Source: Conexivisphaerales archaeon
GTDB taxonomy: Archaea; Thermoproteota; Nitrososphaeria; Conexivisphaerales; UBA164
Assembly: GCA_030756715.1 (NCBI GenBank)
Contig: JAVBJD010000003.1
Span: forward strand, 1-58,649
DNA length: 58,649 nt
Direction of reading: 5' to 3'
Shown: positions 1 to 10,139 of the stretch, in pieces
Layout: each line of letters starts with the position of its first letter
Numbering within the stretch: the stretch's first letter is position 1
Notes under the pieces: model-generated
Database searches by the model: none
What the model was told of the DNA's origin: nothing
Seen by the model: only the letters and a program-made list of their open reading frames with translations
Program-made: the position numbers and the translations under genes

Positions 1-96
1 TAAAAGGAGCGTTCAGCGCTTTTACTGGGATTAAGTCTCAAGGATAAAATAAAGTAAGAAAAATTTTTTATATAGTAGCTGCTTTTCAATTTATTA

Positions 97-1548
97 ATGG
101 CTAAGTATAATTATGCTGGAGTAGATTTAGGCTCATCGTTTATAAAAGGCTCTGTTTTGGATGAGGATGGAACCCACATAGTAACCGTCAGATCCAAAGC
201 TCCTCAGATATTATCTCCTAAAACAGGCTGGACGGAAATAGATCCTTTCGAATATTACTTTATATTCAGGAGATTCTTAAGAAAACTTTTGAAATATGTG
301 AAATCGGACAAAATATACTTGGGTTTTTCTTCCATGGCACCAGTATTCATACCAGTTGATAACGAATGCTACCCGCTGTATCGCGGTATTTTGTACAATG
401 ATACTCGAGCAAAAAAAGAGATTGAAGAATTGAACCCTATAATAGGAGATACAGTTTTCAAAGAAAACGGTAATCCGTTAAACATTCAGCAATGGTTGCC
501 AAAGATTTTGTGGTACAGAAAAAACTATCCGAACCTTTATGAAAAAACTTGGAAATTTATTGAATTAACAACTTTTATAATATGTAAACTGACTAACAAA
601 GTTATAACTGACATGACGATGCTACAAGAAGAAGGAGTGCTAAACTATCAGAAAAAAGAAATTTCAGATAAAATACTTGACGTGATGAATCTAAAGCATA
701 ACATGTTGCCAGATTATATAGATTTAAACGAAATGTTAGAACCATTTAGTATCGATGGTAAAGAATTTTATGCTAACGCTGGTACCATAGATCTTATAGG
801 ATCTTCGGTATCATTAAACATGCTTGAAAAAAATAAGCTCGCAATAATTCTTGGATCTACAGGCGTAATAAACTATTCAGCAACAGACCCAAAACCAGAT
901 AAAAGACTTTACCTTGATCTGAGTCCTATACCTGAAATATATTATGTTAACGGATGTACTTCAGCGGCAGGAATATTCCTTGATTACATTATGTACCTTT
1001 TAGGGATGAAAGGTAAGTTTAAAAAAATGGACAAGTATTATTCCGAAAATGAAGTGGAAACCTCAGGTTTGGTAATGTTACCGTATATTTTAGGTGAAAG
1101 AACACCGATCTTCGATCCATACGCAAAATCGGTGATATTCGGAATTACTAACCTTCACAACAAGATGCATCTTATAAAAGCGGCAATAGAATCTATAGCT
1201 TTTTCGATGAAACATCATTATGAAATACTTCAAGAATTGAACTATAAATTTGATCGGGTTTATCTAACTGGCGGTTTATCTAACCTGAAAATAGTACAGA
1301 GAACTCTACCTTCAGTATTAGAAGTTCCAATGATAAAGATTGAAGAAGGCGATGAAACAATAGGCGATGCTAAAATAGCGATGGTCGGTTCAAAAAACTA
1401 TAAATGGGGAGATATAAAATCTTTAGGTGAAAAATCAATTTTTGGTTATAAACTAGATTACGAAAAAATACCTTATTATGATAAAAATTATGTAATTTAC
1501 AAAGAACTATACGCGCGGTTAAAAGACATGTTTAAAACATGTCAGTAG
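97..1548 (+). CDS. FGGY-family carbohydrate kinase (xylulokinase/glycerol-kinase-like; substrate unknown)
   Basis: 483-aa ORF. It has an N-terminal 'AGVDLGSSFIKGSV' actin-fold ATPase motif, plus 'LPYILGERTP' and a C-terminal 'VYLTGGLS', all typical of FGGY kinases. Confidence 0.8.
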   Translation: MAKYNYAGVDLGSSFIKGSVLDEDGTHIVTVRSKAPQILSPKTGWTEIDPFEYYFIFRRFLRKLLKYVKSDKIYLGFSSMAPVFIPVDNECYPLYRGILYNDTRAKKEIEELNPIIGDTVFKENGNPLNIQQWLPKILWYRKNYPNLYEKTWKFIELTTFIICKLTNKVITDMTMLQEEGVLNYQKKEISDKILDVMNLKHNMLPDYIDLNEMLEPFSIDGKEFYANAGTIDLIGSSVSLNMLEKNKLAIILGSTGVINYSATDPKPDKRLYLDLSPIPEIYYVNGCTSAAGIFLDYIMYLLGMKGKFKKMDKYYSENEVETSGLVMLPYILGERTPIFDPYAKSVIFGITNLHNKMHLIKAAIESIAFSMKHHYEILQELNYKFDRVYLTGGLSNLKIVQRTLPSVLEVPMIKIEEGDETIGDAKIAMVGSKNYKWGDIKSLGEKSIFGYKLDYEKIPYYDKNYVIYKELYARLKDMFKTCQ

Positions 1549-1557
1549 CTTTTTAGT

Positions 1558-2448
1558 TTACAGTTGTTTATCTAATGCTTTAGCTATAGCTGGGTAGATT
1601 TCAACAAAGCTAATTGGACTAAGCACTGTATCTGTGCCGATTAGTGCTTTTAAGTTATGTTCAACAAGTTTATGATAGGCTCCTTCAACCAGCAATGGGT
1701 GAACACACGCAACATAAATGTCATTTGCGCCAAGACTTTTTAATAATTTTGTAGCCTCGATTATCGTCCCACCTGTGCTAATTATATCATCGATGATTAT
1801 TGCATCTTTACCTTTAACTTCAGCCTGACCTTCAACCTGTACTTCTCTACCCGATAACCTTTTTTTGCTGAATACGCCATATTCTATGTTAAGATCTTTC
1901 GCTACAAGGCTAGCCCATTGTTTAGCTTCATCGTCAGGTCCTATAACTACGGCATTAGAATATTTGAAATGACTCTTTATGTAGTCAGCTACTTCATGCA
2001 CTCCAGTAATATTGGTGAACTTAGAGCCAAAAACCTTAGAAGGATCAGTTATCCTGTGAAGGTGCATGTCTACTGTTATGATCTGGTCAATGTCTAAAGA
2101 TTTAAACATGTCAGCTATCGTAAGCACGCTGACGGCTTCACCGGGATTAAACATCTCATCCTGCCTAGCATAAGCTAAGTATGGAATTACCGCCACGATT
2201 GATTTAGCATTCTGTTTTTTCAACGCATCAAGGGTTAAGATTGTCTCGACAAGCGATCTGTTTGGATTTGGTTGGAGGCTGTTAACATAAATAACTTCCC
2301 TTTGCTTAACATCCATAGGTATTCTAACATAAAGTTCATTGTCGGGAAATTCTTTTACCTCAACAGTTGAATACATTATATTCATTTTTTTAGAAAGCCT
2401 ATATGCTATGTGTCTTGAATTACTTCCCCCTAAGACTAATTCAGGCAT
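1558..2448 (-). CDS. prs: ribose-phosphate pyrophosphokinase
   Basis: 296 aa. It carries the 'AIIIDDIISTGGTI' PRPP-binding loop and 'ITVDMHL'. Length and motif order are those of Prs. Confidence 0.9.
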   Translation of the reverse strand: MPELVLGGSNSRHIAYRLSKKMNIMYSTVEVKEFPDNELYVRIPMDVKQREVIYVNSLQPNPNRSLVETILTLDALKKQNAKSIVAVIPYLAYARQDEMFNPGEAVSVLTIADMFKSLDIDQIITVDMHLHRITDPSKVFGSKFTNITGVHEVADYIKSHFKYSNAVVIGPDDEAKQWASLVAKDLNIEYGVFSKKRLSGREVQVEGQAEVKGKDAIIIDDIISTGGTIIEATKLLKSLGANDIYVACVHPLLVEGAYHKLVEHNLKALIGTDTVLSPISFVEIYPAIAKALDKQL

Positions 2449-2852
2449 ACAAATTAACCTTTACAGGTCATCTAAATCTTTTTCTATTTTTAATTACGAG
2501 CGTCTTTCTAGCAGTACTTTCGCAGGTATAAATTTCATAATCATATAAAAGCTTACTAAACGCGCCTTAATGATTAACAGGCTAGACAGTGACGCTTTTC
2601 ATGCCAATAAGATCTTTACTTTTGATCAAAAATTTTGTTAAGCCATCCAGCACATATTTTGAATTCTTTCTTACTTTTATGCCAAGGCCATTAATCAAGT
2701 CTAAACTTTAAATTATATTAAAACCCATTGTATTATAATAAAATAAAAAATTATCTTTATAAGAACACTTTACATGAGCAGAGGTTCTTAATTTAGAAAG
2801 TTGAAAATGGGATTAGAAAAACGTAAATATAATTTTTAAAGTCAATAACTTC

Positions 2853-4310
2853 ATGACTGACTTAAAGGATAAGACCGTTAAAGAACTCCAAAGCTTGATT
2901 CCAGATCCTGAAAAAATTATAAAAGCAGCTGATGAGTGGGGTTTAGGACCAAAAAGCAAAGATCTTATAAAAAGAGCGCTAAAAGTCGAAAGCCTCGGCG
3001 CAATGGCATTTTCAGAGTTTGAAACAATACCAATAATAGATAGAAGCGGCGAAGGTGCAGTCGTTTACGATGTTGATGGAAAAAGCTACATTGATCTTAT
3101 GGCTGGATTTTCAGTAAACAACGTTGGTTATAAGAGAAAAGAGATCCTTGAAGCTATAGTAAACCAGTACGAAAAGTTGCCACAGTATGCAGAAATGTTT
3201 TCAGAAGAAAGAATAAAGCTGGGAGAAAAACTCTGCTCGATAACTCCTGGTAAATATGACAAAAAGGTTTTCTATTCTTTAACAGGCAGTGAAGCAAATG
3301 AAATAGCCATAAAATTAGTAAGAATATACACAGGTAAGCCTTATATAATAACACAATACGGCGATTATCACGGTCGTACTATTGGGACAGTCCCTTTTAC
3401 TCATAGCTTTTCTACCTGGTTCCAGCAATATCCTATACCGTCTCTGGATATAGGAGTCGCCAGAATACCGTTCCCCTATGGATACAGATGCCCATGTGGA
3501 AACTTTGATGATGAAGAAGAATGTGCAAATGAATGTTTGCACTATGTTGATTACATGTTGAGCTCATCGTATTATGGACTGTGTGATTCTTCAAAAGGTT
3601 TATGCAACATATCTGCATTCCTGATAGAACCGTTCCAGAGCGCAGCTGGATATTATATTCCGCCTAAAAACTGGTTACCTTCCTTATACAAATTAGCTAA
3701 AGAGCACGGAATATTATTTGTTGTGGATGAAATACAGGCCGGCATGGGCAGGACTGGGAAATGGTGGGCTATACAGCATTACCCCGAAATAGAACCCGAC
3801 ATAACAATAATAGGAAAAGCTCTTGGTGGCGGCTTGCCTTTCCAGGCAACAATAGGCAGACAAGAAATAATGGACTCATGGGGTCCGGGAGCTCACTCTT
3901 CAACTTTTGCAGGCTATTTTGTTGGAGTGGCAGCTGCCTTAGCAACAGTAAATTACATAGAACAGAGCGGTCTGATAGAAAAAACACGCGTTAACGGAGA
4001 TTATTTCATCAAACTGCTAAACGAACTCAAAGGAAAACATCCGATGATAGGAGACGTTCAAGGCAAAGGGTTTTACATAGGCATAGAATTCATAAAGGAT
4101 AGAGAAAAGACGCCTGCAGCGAAAGAAACTACATGGCTAACGATGAAGCTTTTACAGATGGGTGTAATGGTTAAGAAAGCTGGATATTACAGAAACAGAT
4201 TTGCAGTTTCTCCGCCTTTAACAATAGAAAAGGATGAAATAGAAAAAGTTGTTCAGATATTAGATAAGGCTCTTAGCCAGACTGAGGAAAACTTTAATAT
4301 TAAATTCTAA
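2853..4310 (+). CDS. class-III PLP-dependent aminotransferase (GABA/ornithine/omega-aminotransferase family)
   Basis: 485 aa. Motifs include 'SLTGSEANEIAIKL', 'FVVDEIQAGMGRTGKWWA', a PLP-lysine context 'IIGKALGGGLP', and the 'PYGYRCPCG' segment seen in archaeal members. Confidence 0.85.
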   Translation: MTDLKDKTVKELQSLIPDPEKIIKAADEWGLGPKSKDLIKRALKVESLGAMAFSEFETIPIIDRSGEGAVVYDVDGKSYIDLMAGFSVNNVGYKRKEILEAIVNQYEKLPQYAEMFSEERIKLGEKLCSITPGKYDKKVFYSLTGSEANEIAIKLVRIYTGKPYIITQYGDYHGRTIGTVPFTHSFSTWFQQYPIPSLDIGVARIPFPYGYRCPCGNFDDEEECANECLHYVDYMLSSSYYGLCDSSKGLCNISAFLIEPFQSAAGYYIPPKNWLPSLYKLAKEHGILFVVDEIQAGMGRTGKWWAIQHYPEIEPDITIIGKALGGGLPFQATIGRQEIMDSWGPGAHSSTFAGYFVGVAAALATVNYIEQSGLIEKTRVNGDYFIKLLNELKGKHPMIGDVQGKGFYIGIEFIKDREKTPAAKETTWLTMKLLQMGVMVKKAGYYRNRFAVSPPLTIEKDEIEKVVQILDKALSQTEENFNIKF

Positions 4311-4461
4311 AATTTAAAATTCAATTATTGAAAAATTAATTTTGTTATTTATATAAATATACATTTTTTAAATATTTTATAATTAAAATATTATAAAACT
4401 GCTATATCAGATATTTATCGATAATTATAATACTAAAAATATGTAATTCAAGATAGAAAAG

Positions 4462-4468
4462 TATATAA
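4462..4468 (+). promoter_or_regulatory. TATA-like box upstream of the ABC binding-protein gene
   Basis: 'TATATAA' is centred about 29 nt upstream of ATG 4494, consistent with an archaeal promoter driving a leaderless mRNA. Confidence 0.35.
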
Positions 4469-4493
4469 CTCAATTTGAAATTAACGTTTTTTG

Positions 4494-5882
4494 ATGAAAG
4501 CTGCTGTAAGTAAAACAGTAATAGCCGTAATCATAATAGTAATAATCGTTGCAGCAATAGGCGGAGTGTACTACTACTATTATCAAATGCAGCAGGCATC
4601 ACAAAAGACCGTAGTTATATATGCGGATTATAGCGCTAACGTTGCGCAACCATACTTTAACAACTTTACTGCTGACACAGGAATAAAGGTCGTACCTTTA
4701 TACGCATCCATGGGAGAATTAGTTGGTAAACTGGTTGCTGAAAAGTCCAGCCCAGTGGCTGATGTTCTGTTCGGAGGCGCGCCTTCTGCATATATAGGAG
4801 CAGACCAGCAGGGAGTTCTGATGGGTTATGTACCACCTGAAGTCAAAAACGACCAGGTATATCTTGCAGAATCAGGAGTACTGTATTCCAAAGATTGGGC
4901 TTGGTATGCATTCACTTACAACATACTTGGAATAATAATAAACACCCAGCAAATGTCCAAGTACAATCTTCCGACCCCTGAGTCATGGTGGAATCTACTA
5001 AACCCTATTTATAAAGGGCACATAATCATTGAGAACCCATCTACTTCAACTACCACTGGCCTTGGATTCTTTTCGCTAATATGGCAGATATACATAGCCA
5101 AGTATGGTATGCAAAACGGCACCACAGCATTTCAAAACTACGTTAAGACTTTTATGTCAAACGTAGTGTCCCCAATAACCCCCGATGATGAACACGCAGA
5201 AACGGTTCTCGGAGAAAGCACCGATGGTGCGGCAATCACAATAGACTGGATAAACGCAGCACCATTATACAAAGAACTTGACGGATATCCATTACAGGCT
5301 GTAATGGTAAACGATAACATTCTGGGACCAACAGCTATGGGTATAGTTCAGGGGGCTCCACACTTAAAGGCCGCCGAAGCTTATGTTAACTGGGTATTCT
5401 CATATCAGGGACAGAAACTCATCCCATCAGTTTTCCTCAAGCCTGCTCTCTTGTACAACAATATAACACCTCCTGGTAACTTCCCGCCATTGTCTGTAGA
5501 AGAGAAGATGGCATTCCCATATAATCAGACTTTCACAACAGCTTACGCAAACCAGATAGACTCGATATTTAACCAGTATTCAAGCGAAGTGCAGACTGCT
5601 GGAATGATATTTGTATTCTCAGCTTCAACAGTCAAGACAGGAAGCCTCAGCATGCCTCTATTCTCAGCTCAATCATTGAAGCTATGGAACGCTATAATAC
5701 CAACGCAGAGAGAGCCTATATTCTTCGTTTATATGAAATGGTTGTTCTCACCAACTACTGAAGGAACTATACTTTCGTTACTTCCGGGAAGTTTTGCAGG
5801 GCATCTCATGAGCACGCTGATTTCTTTGATTACGCCTTCAACCGCTTTATCAGCTAGCATACCAATGGGGAAACATGAATAG
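4494..5882 (+). CDS. ABC transporter substrate-binding protein (Fe3+/thiamine-type), N-terminally membrane-anchored, with an atypical C-terminal extension
   Basis: An N-terminal TM segment 'VIAVIIIVIIVAAIGGVYYYYY' is followed by a periplasmic-binding-protein-like body ('VVIYADYS...', 'DVLFGGAPS'). The first ATG is at 4494; the ORF track starts at TTG 4491. The gene overlaps the permease gene by 8 nt. Confidence 0.7.
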   Translation: MKAAVSKTVIAVIIIVIIVAAIGGVYYYYYQMQQASQKTVVIYADYSANVAQPYFNNFTADTGIKVVPLYASMGELVGKLVAEKSSPVADVLFGGAPSAYIGADQQGVLMGYVPPEVKNDQVYLAESGVLYSKDWAWYAFTYNILGIIINTQQMSKYNLPTPESWWNLLNPIYKGHIIIENPSTSTTTGLGFFSLIWQIYIAKYGMQNGTTAFQNYVKTFMSNVVSPITPDDEHAETVLGESTDGAAITIDWINAAPLYKELDGYPLQAVMVNDNILGPTAMGIVQGAPHLKAAEAYVNWVFSYQGQKLIPSVFLKPALLYNNITPPGNFPPLSVEEKMAFPYNQTFTTAYANQIDSIFNQYSSEVQTAGMIFVFSASTVKTGSLSMPLFSAQSLKLWNAIIPTQREPIFFVYMKWLFSPTTEGTILSLLPGSFAGHLMSTLISLITPSTALSASIPMGKHE

Positions 5883-7530
5883 AAAAGCTTTAACCTATTT
5901 ATCTACATCTATTTTTTTAATAATTTTGTTTTTCTTTATAGTATTGCCTCTTTTTTCTTTCTTTTTAACCGCTTTTATAGGTAAGCCGGGGGGCTTGTAC
6001 GTCTTCTTAAAGAGCTCATCGGTAACGTTTACTTTAAAATACTACTATAACGTCCTAACTAAACCTTATTTCCAAAAGAGTATATATGATACGATATTGT
6101 TGAGCATTTCTGTCACAGCTTTATCTTTTGCGCTATCTCTTCCTATTTCATATGCCTTATCTAGGACCGTTATGCCATTAAAAGAGCTGATAAGGGTTTT
6201 ACTGGGTCTAGGAATAAGCATCCCAGGCTTTATAGTGATGTATGACCTGATTATAATATCGACGAATATAGGGTTTTTACCTTTTTCACTGTATTCTTAT
6301 TACGGATTGCTTACTGTAATGACCATAGCTTCTATACCGTTCATGGTAATGTATGTGACGTTGGCTTTTGATAACTTAGATTATAGGTTAATCGAAGCGT
6401 CCTATGCAAACGGTGTCTCTAAAACAAAAACCTTCTTCAGGGTTACGATGCCCCTGCTGATGCCAGGATTTGTAAGTGGTTGGGTCATCGTGTTTTTACT
6501 AACTACAGGAACCCTGTCCGTGCCTCTTTTGCTCGCTCCTCCAACTTTTCCTATTGTAACAGCATATGCGTACGTGCAGCTATTTTCGTTCTTTAATTGG
6601 GGAAACGCCGCAGCGTTGTTATCGATATTGCTTTTGATAAACATGTCAGTAATAATTGCCTATACTTTGTATCAGAAGAAGCTTGGGTTTACAATGATTG
6701 GTGGGAAAGGGTTCCATCCAAAATACAACCAGAACAAGTTTGTAATAGCTTTGCTTTTGATATATTCTCTTATCATTGGGCTGTTGCCTATAGTCGAGGT
6801 AATAATACTTGGCTTGGCAGCTTTTTCAAAGTTCTGGGTTCACAGTTTGGTTCCAAGCCAATATACCTTAAGCAACTTTAACGCGGCTTTCCAGCTTTAT
6901 TCGTTTGCTCCTTTTTCAAGTTTGACACTTTCTATTAGCGCAGCAATACTGGCCATATTGATATCTTTTGTATCTACTTATTATACAAGAATGGGTATAG
7001 TAAAGGGCAAAAAGCTCATAGATGTTCTTACTTTAATAATTTTCTCTTTATCGCCAGTTATGATAGGAATAACATACCTTTCCACGTTTTCAAACGACAT
7101 AACAGCGTTTTTCATAAATACGCTGCCGATAGCCGTCATACTTGGTTATACGTTTGGCAGAATAGGTTATTCAACAAGGGCGCTAGACATATCAGTTTCT
7201 TCCATTTCTAGAAGCCTCTTTGAAGCTGCAGATATAATGGGAGCCAGCCTTAACAAGTTCAGGAACATAATTTTGCCGTTGATCATGCCGGGAATAATCG
7301 AGGGATTTTTGCTTGTATTTATAAGATCGATGATAGATTATGGAACTACAGTAATGCTGGCTCCTTATAACTGGGCAACACTTGCCCTAGGGTCATATGC
7401 ATTTATTTCGACAGGCGAAATTCCAGAAGGAGCAGCACTTGGTTTGATCATACTGATCATAAACCTTCCGATAATGAGCTACCTTTATTACAGAAGGGGT
7501 AAGACTTTTCACGAAGCTTTAATAGTATAA
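5875..7530 (+). CDS. ABC transporter permease, duplicated 2 x 6-TM type (FbpB/ThiP-like)
   Basis: 551 aa and highly hydrophobic. There are two EAA-type loops, 'EASYANGVSKTKTFFRVTMPLLMPG' and 'EAADIMGASLNKFRNIILPLIMPG'. Confidence 0.8.
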   Translation: MNRKALTYLSTSIFLIILFFFIVLPLFSFFLTAFIGKPGGLYVFLKSSSVTFTLKYYYNVLTKPYFQKSIYDTILLSISVTALSFALSLPISYALSRTVMPLKELIRVLLGLGISIPGFIVMYDLIIISTNIGFLPFSLYSYYGLLTVMTIASIPFMVMYVTLAFDNLDYRLIEASYANGVSKTKTFFRVTMPLLMPGFVSGWVIVFLLTTGTLSVPLLLAPPTFPIVTAYAYVQLFSFFNWGNAAALLSILLLINMSVIIAYTLYQKKLGFTMIGGKGFHPKYNQNKFVIALLLIYSLIIGLLPIVEVIILGLAAFSKFWVHSLVPSQYTLSNFNAAFQLYSFAPFSSLTLSISAAILAILISFVSTYYTRMGIVKGKKLIDVLTLIIFSLSPVMIGITYLSTFSNDITAFFINTLPIAVILGYTFGRIGYSTRALDISVSSISRSLFEAADIMGASLNKFRNIILPLIMPGIIEGFLLVFIRSMIDYGTTVMLAPYNWATLALGSYAFISTGEIPEGAALGLIILIINLPIMSYLYYRRGKTFHEALIV

Positions 7531-7541
7531 TTTTTAAGAAT

Positions 7542-8600
7542 TTAAGAATTAAAGATATAACCTTTGTTTGGCAAAAATCTTACGTAGACTTTACTGGAAT
7601 CGCTGAAATTGTTTGAATTTGAACCTTGTATAGAAATAGAAAACCTTAATCCGGTAGGGGTTTCAAGGTAGTACTTTACGTTGTTACCGATGACTTTTTT
7701 AGATATTACGTTTGCTTCAAAAGAATCCGGAGTTCTTTCTTTAGTGACTTCCAAATTATTGATCCTGTACACGTAGATCAAATTTTCGCTTGGACTTTCA
7801 AGCGTATTTTTTGTAGCAACTGTAATTTCTCCAATGTTTTCTATGTCAAGGGTGAAACTACTTGGGTTAATAGACTTTAACAATTTGGCTTTGAAAACCA
7901 GATTTTCACCTATAAATGTGGCCACGAATGGTGTTTTTGGGCTTTCAATAAGTTCAGAAGCTGTGCCTATCTGTTCCAATTGTCCCTTGTTTAGAACTGC
8001 TATTCTATCACCAATTTCAAAAGCTTCTTCCTGAGAATGAGTTACAAAAAGTGCAGTAAGCTTGTTTTCCTTGATTATATCTATAAGTTCAATAAGAAGT
8101 TCTTTTCTGATCTTTTCATCAAGGTTGCTCAAAGGTTCATCTAAAAGTAATATTTTAGGGTTTACGGCTAAGGCCCTTGCTATAGCTACTCTTTGCAGCT
8201 CTCCCCCAGAGAGCTGGTTAGGCATGTTTTTTCTCTTATTCAAAAGCCCAACCATATCTAAGGATTTTTTAACTATTTCATCGGCGTTTTCCTTATTCTT
8301 GATTACGAACTTGACATTGTCTTCAACAGACATATGAGGCCATACAGCATAATCCTGAAACACCATACCTATACCCCTTTTGTTCGCAGGTATAGCTGTC
8401 ACATCGGTGTCATCAAAAAGAACTTTACCATCATCTGGAAATTCTAGACCAGCTATTATCCTTAACAGGGTCGATTTGCCAGAACCGCTAGGACCTATTA
8501 TAACGAATATTTCCTTATCTTTGATTTCAAATGTTATGTTTTTTAATGCTTCGAGTTTGCCAAATTTTTTGTTTATATTCACCGCTTTAACATTAACCAT
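7542..8600 (-). CDS. ABC transporter ATP-binding protein with C-terminal TOBE-like domain
   Basis: Walker A 'GPSGSGKST', signature 'LSGGELQR' and Walker B 'ILLLDEPLS' are all present. The C-terminal ~110 aa extra domain resembles that of PotA/FbpC-type ATPases. Confidence 0.9.
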   Translation of the reverse strand: MVNVKAVNINKKFGKLEALKNITFEIKDKEIFVIIGPSGSGKSTLLRIIAGLEFPDDGKVLFDDTDVTAIPANKRGIGMVFQDYAVWPHMSVEDNVKFVIKNKENADEIVKKSLDMVGLLNKRKNMPNQLSGGELQRVAIARALAVNPKILLLDEPLSNLDEKIRKELLIELIDIIKENKLTALFVTHSQEEAFEIGDRIAVLNKGQLEQIGTASELIESPKTPFVATFIGENLVFKAKLLKSINPSSFTLDIENIGEITVATKNTLESPSENLIYVYRINNLEVTKERTPDSFEANVISKKVIGNNVKYYLETPTGLRFSISIQGSNSNNFSDSSKVYVRFLPNKGYIFNS

Positions 8601-8677
8601 GCTAAATTTGATTTGTGTGTTTTTATTTATATTTTATGTTTCTATATTACATGCTACTATATAGCGTGAACAAATTT

Positions 8678-9208
8678 TCATAAATTAGCTTTAGCTTCCT
8701 TTATTTTTTTCTCAAACGTTTTATAAAGTTTAGGATTTCTTAAAACAGCTGCTGGATGATAATCAACCAGCACTTTGGCCCCCATAAGCTCATAATTCTT
8801 TTCTATTGCTATTTTGATTTTCTTTTCGCCAGTTAAAAAATTACAGGCTGTGGAGCCTAGCGCGATAATAATTTTTGGTTTTACGGTTTGTATTTCAGTC
8901 AGAAGAAACTCTGAACAAGCTTTAATTTCTTCTTTTTTCGGTTTTCGGTTGTTAGGAGGTCTGTGCTTTACTACGTTAGTGATATAAACTTCATTTAAAC
9001 TGTTAGAACTTAAAGCATTCCTTAACAACTTTCCGGCTCTGCCAACAAACGGTCTGCCAGTTTTGTCTTCCTCGGCCCCGGGCGCTTCACCGATAACCAT
9101 AACCTTTGAGTTTTCCGGTCCTTCTCCAACAACGGCCTGCTTTGCGTACTTCCAAAGCTCGCATTTCCTGCAGTTTCTTATCTCGCTGAATATTTCTTCT
9201 AATTTCAT
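8678..9208 (-). CDS. uracil-DNA glycosylase, family 4 (Fe-S type)
   Basis: 176 aa. Motifs are 'CRKCELW', 'GEGPENSKVMVIGEAPGAEEDKTGRPFVGRAGKLL' and a C-terminal 'HPAAVLRNP'. Confidence 0.85.
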   Translation of the reverse strand: MKLEEIFSEIRNCRKCELWKYAKQAVVGEGPENSKVMVIGEAPGAEEDKTGRPFVGRAGKLLRNALSSNSLNEVYITNVVKHRPPNNRKPKKEEIKACSEFLLTEIQTVKPKIIIALGSTACNFLTGEKKIKIAIEKNYELMGAKVLVDYHPAAVLRNPKLYKTFEKKIKEAKANL

Positions 9209-9951
9209 TATACTTCAGTTTCAAAAAGATCTTTAGCTATAAAGGTTTCTTTAAAGACCTTAAGTGCTTCTGCTTTTAGCTTTGCTGTCTGGTTTGAAAG
9301 AGCTGGGGTTATATGCGTCAGAAGAAGTTTCTTGGCCTTTGCCTGCAATGCTTCAGTGGCAGCTTGCCTGCCTGAGCTGTGACCAACTTTATTTAAATAA
9401 TCTTCGTTTTCTGAAAGACCAGAAGAGTCGTGTATTAGCAGGGACGCTTTTTTACATAACTCAACTATGCGTTCCGACGGTGCAGTATCACCAGTATAGC
9501 ATAGAGGGCCTATTCTGTATGCTATATCGGTTATCGTATGCTCTCCTTTCTCAGTGTTAACCTCAAAGTCTTCCACCTTTATCCTTTCTCCAGGATCAAT
9601 TTCTTGGTATTCGACATCAAACTTCATGAATGTCTTTGGAGTGTTCGCATTTCGTATCAAAGATTCAAAGGATTCTTTGACGCCTTTAGGTCCTATTACA
9701 GCGACAGGTTCAACCCTACCAAGATAAGACATCCCCCAAAGGAAAGCGCCAATATCAAAAAAATGATCTCCGTGAAGGTGAGTTATAAAAAAATACCTTA
9801 CTTTGAGCGGGTTTCCGCCGTAGCGCAAAAAGTTTCTGTAGGATCCAGGGCCAACGTCAATTACCATGTTAGAGTTAATTAGATAAGAAGAGCAAGCTCG
9901 GTTTGCACTCTCAACTGAACCCCCACTGCCCAAAACCACAACTTTCATCAT
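9208..9951 (-). CDS. MBL-fold metallo-hydrolase (RNase Z/ElaC-like short form)
   Basis: 247 aa with 'ITHLHGDHFFD' (HxHxDH) and a downstream 'GDT...H' pattern. It overlaps the UDG gene by 1 nt. Confidence 0.75.
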   Translation of the reverse strand: MMKVVVLGSGGSVESANRACSSYLINSNMVIDVGPGSYRNFLRYGGNPLKVRYFFITHLHGDHFFDIGAFLWGMSYLGRVEPVAVIGPKGVKESFESLIRNANTPKTFMKFDVEYQEIDPGERIKVEDFEVNTEKGEHTITDIAYRIGPLCYTGDTAPSERIVELCKKASLLIHDSSGLSENEDYLNKVGHSSGRQAATEALQAKAKKLLLTHITPALSNQTAKLKAEALKVFKETFIAKDLFETEV

Positions 9952-10139
9952 AAACTGATAAAAATAATGAAGAAATTAAAGCTTACCATTAAAAAAGTTA
10001 AAACATCTTAATCTAAAGTTTTTGATTGCTTTTAAAAATGATATTATTAAATCTTTTGTAACTAAAACTATTTGAAACCCAGGTTACAGCTTGGAACAGT
10101 TACACTATTTAAAATAAAGCATAAAAATAAAAATTATCC

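Noticed and set aside
2339-2548. A 69-aa plus-strand ORF overlapping the prs start region.
   Set aside because: It lies opposite the conserved Prs N-terminus, runs into the spacer, and has no motifs.
4311-4490. A TPP (THI-box) riboswitch upstream of the thiamine/Fe3+-type ABC transporter. Such riboswitches are known in Thermoplasmatales.
   Set aside because: The spacer is almost pure A/T. It lacks the conserved CUGAGA and ACCUGA elements and any GC-containing stems.
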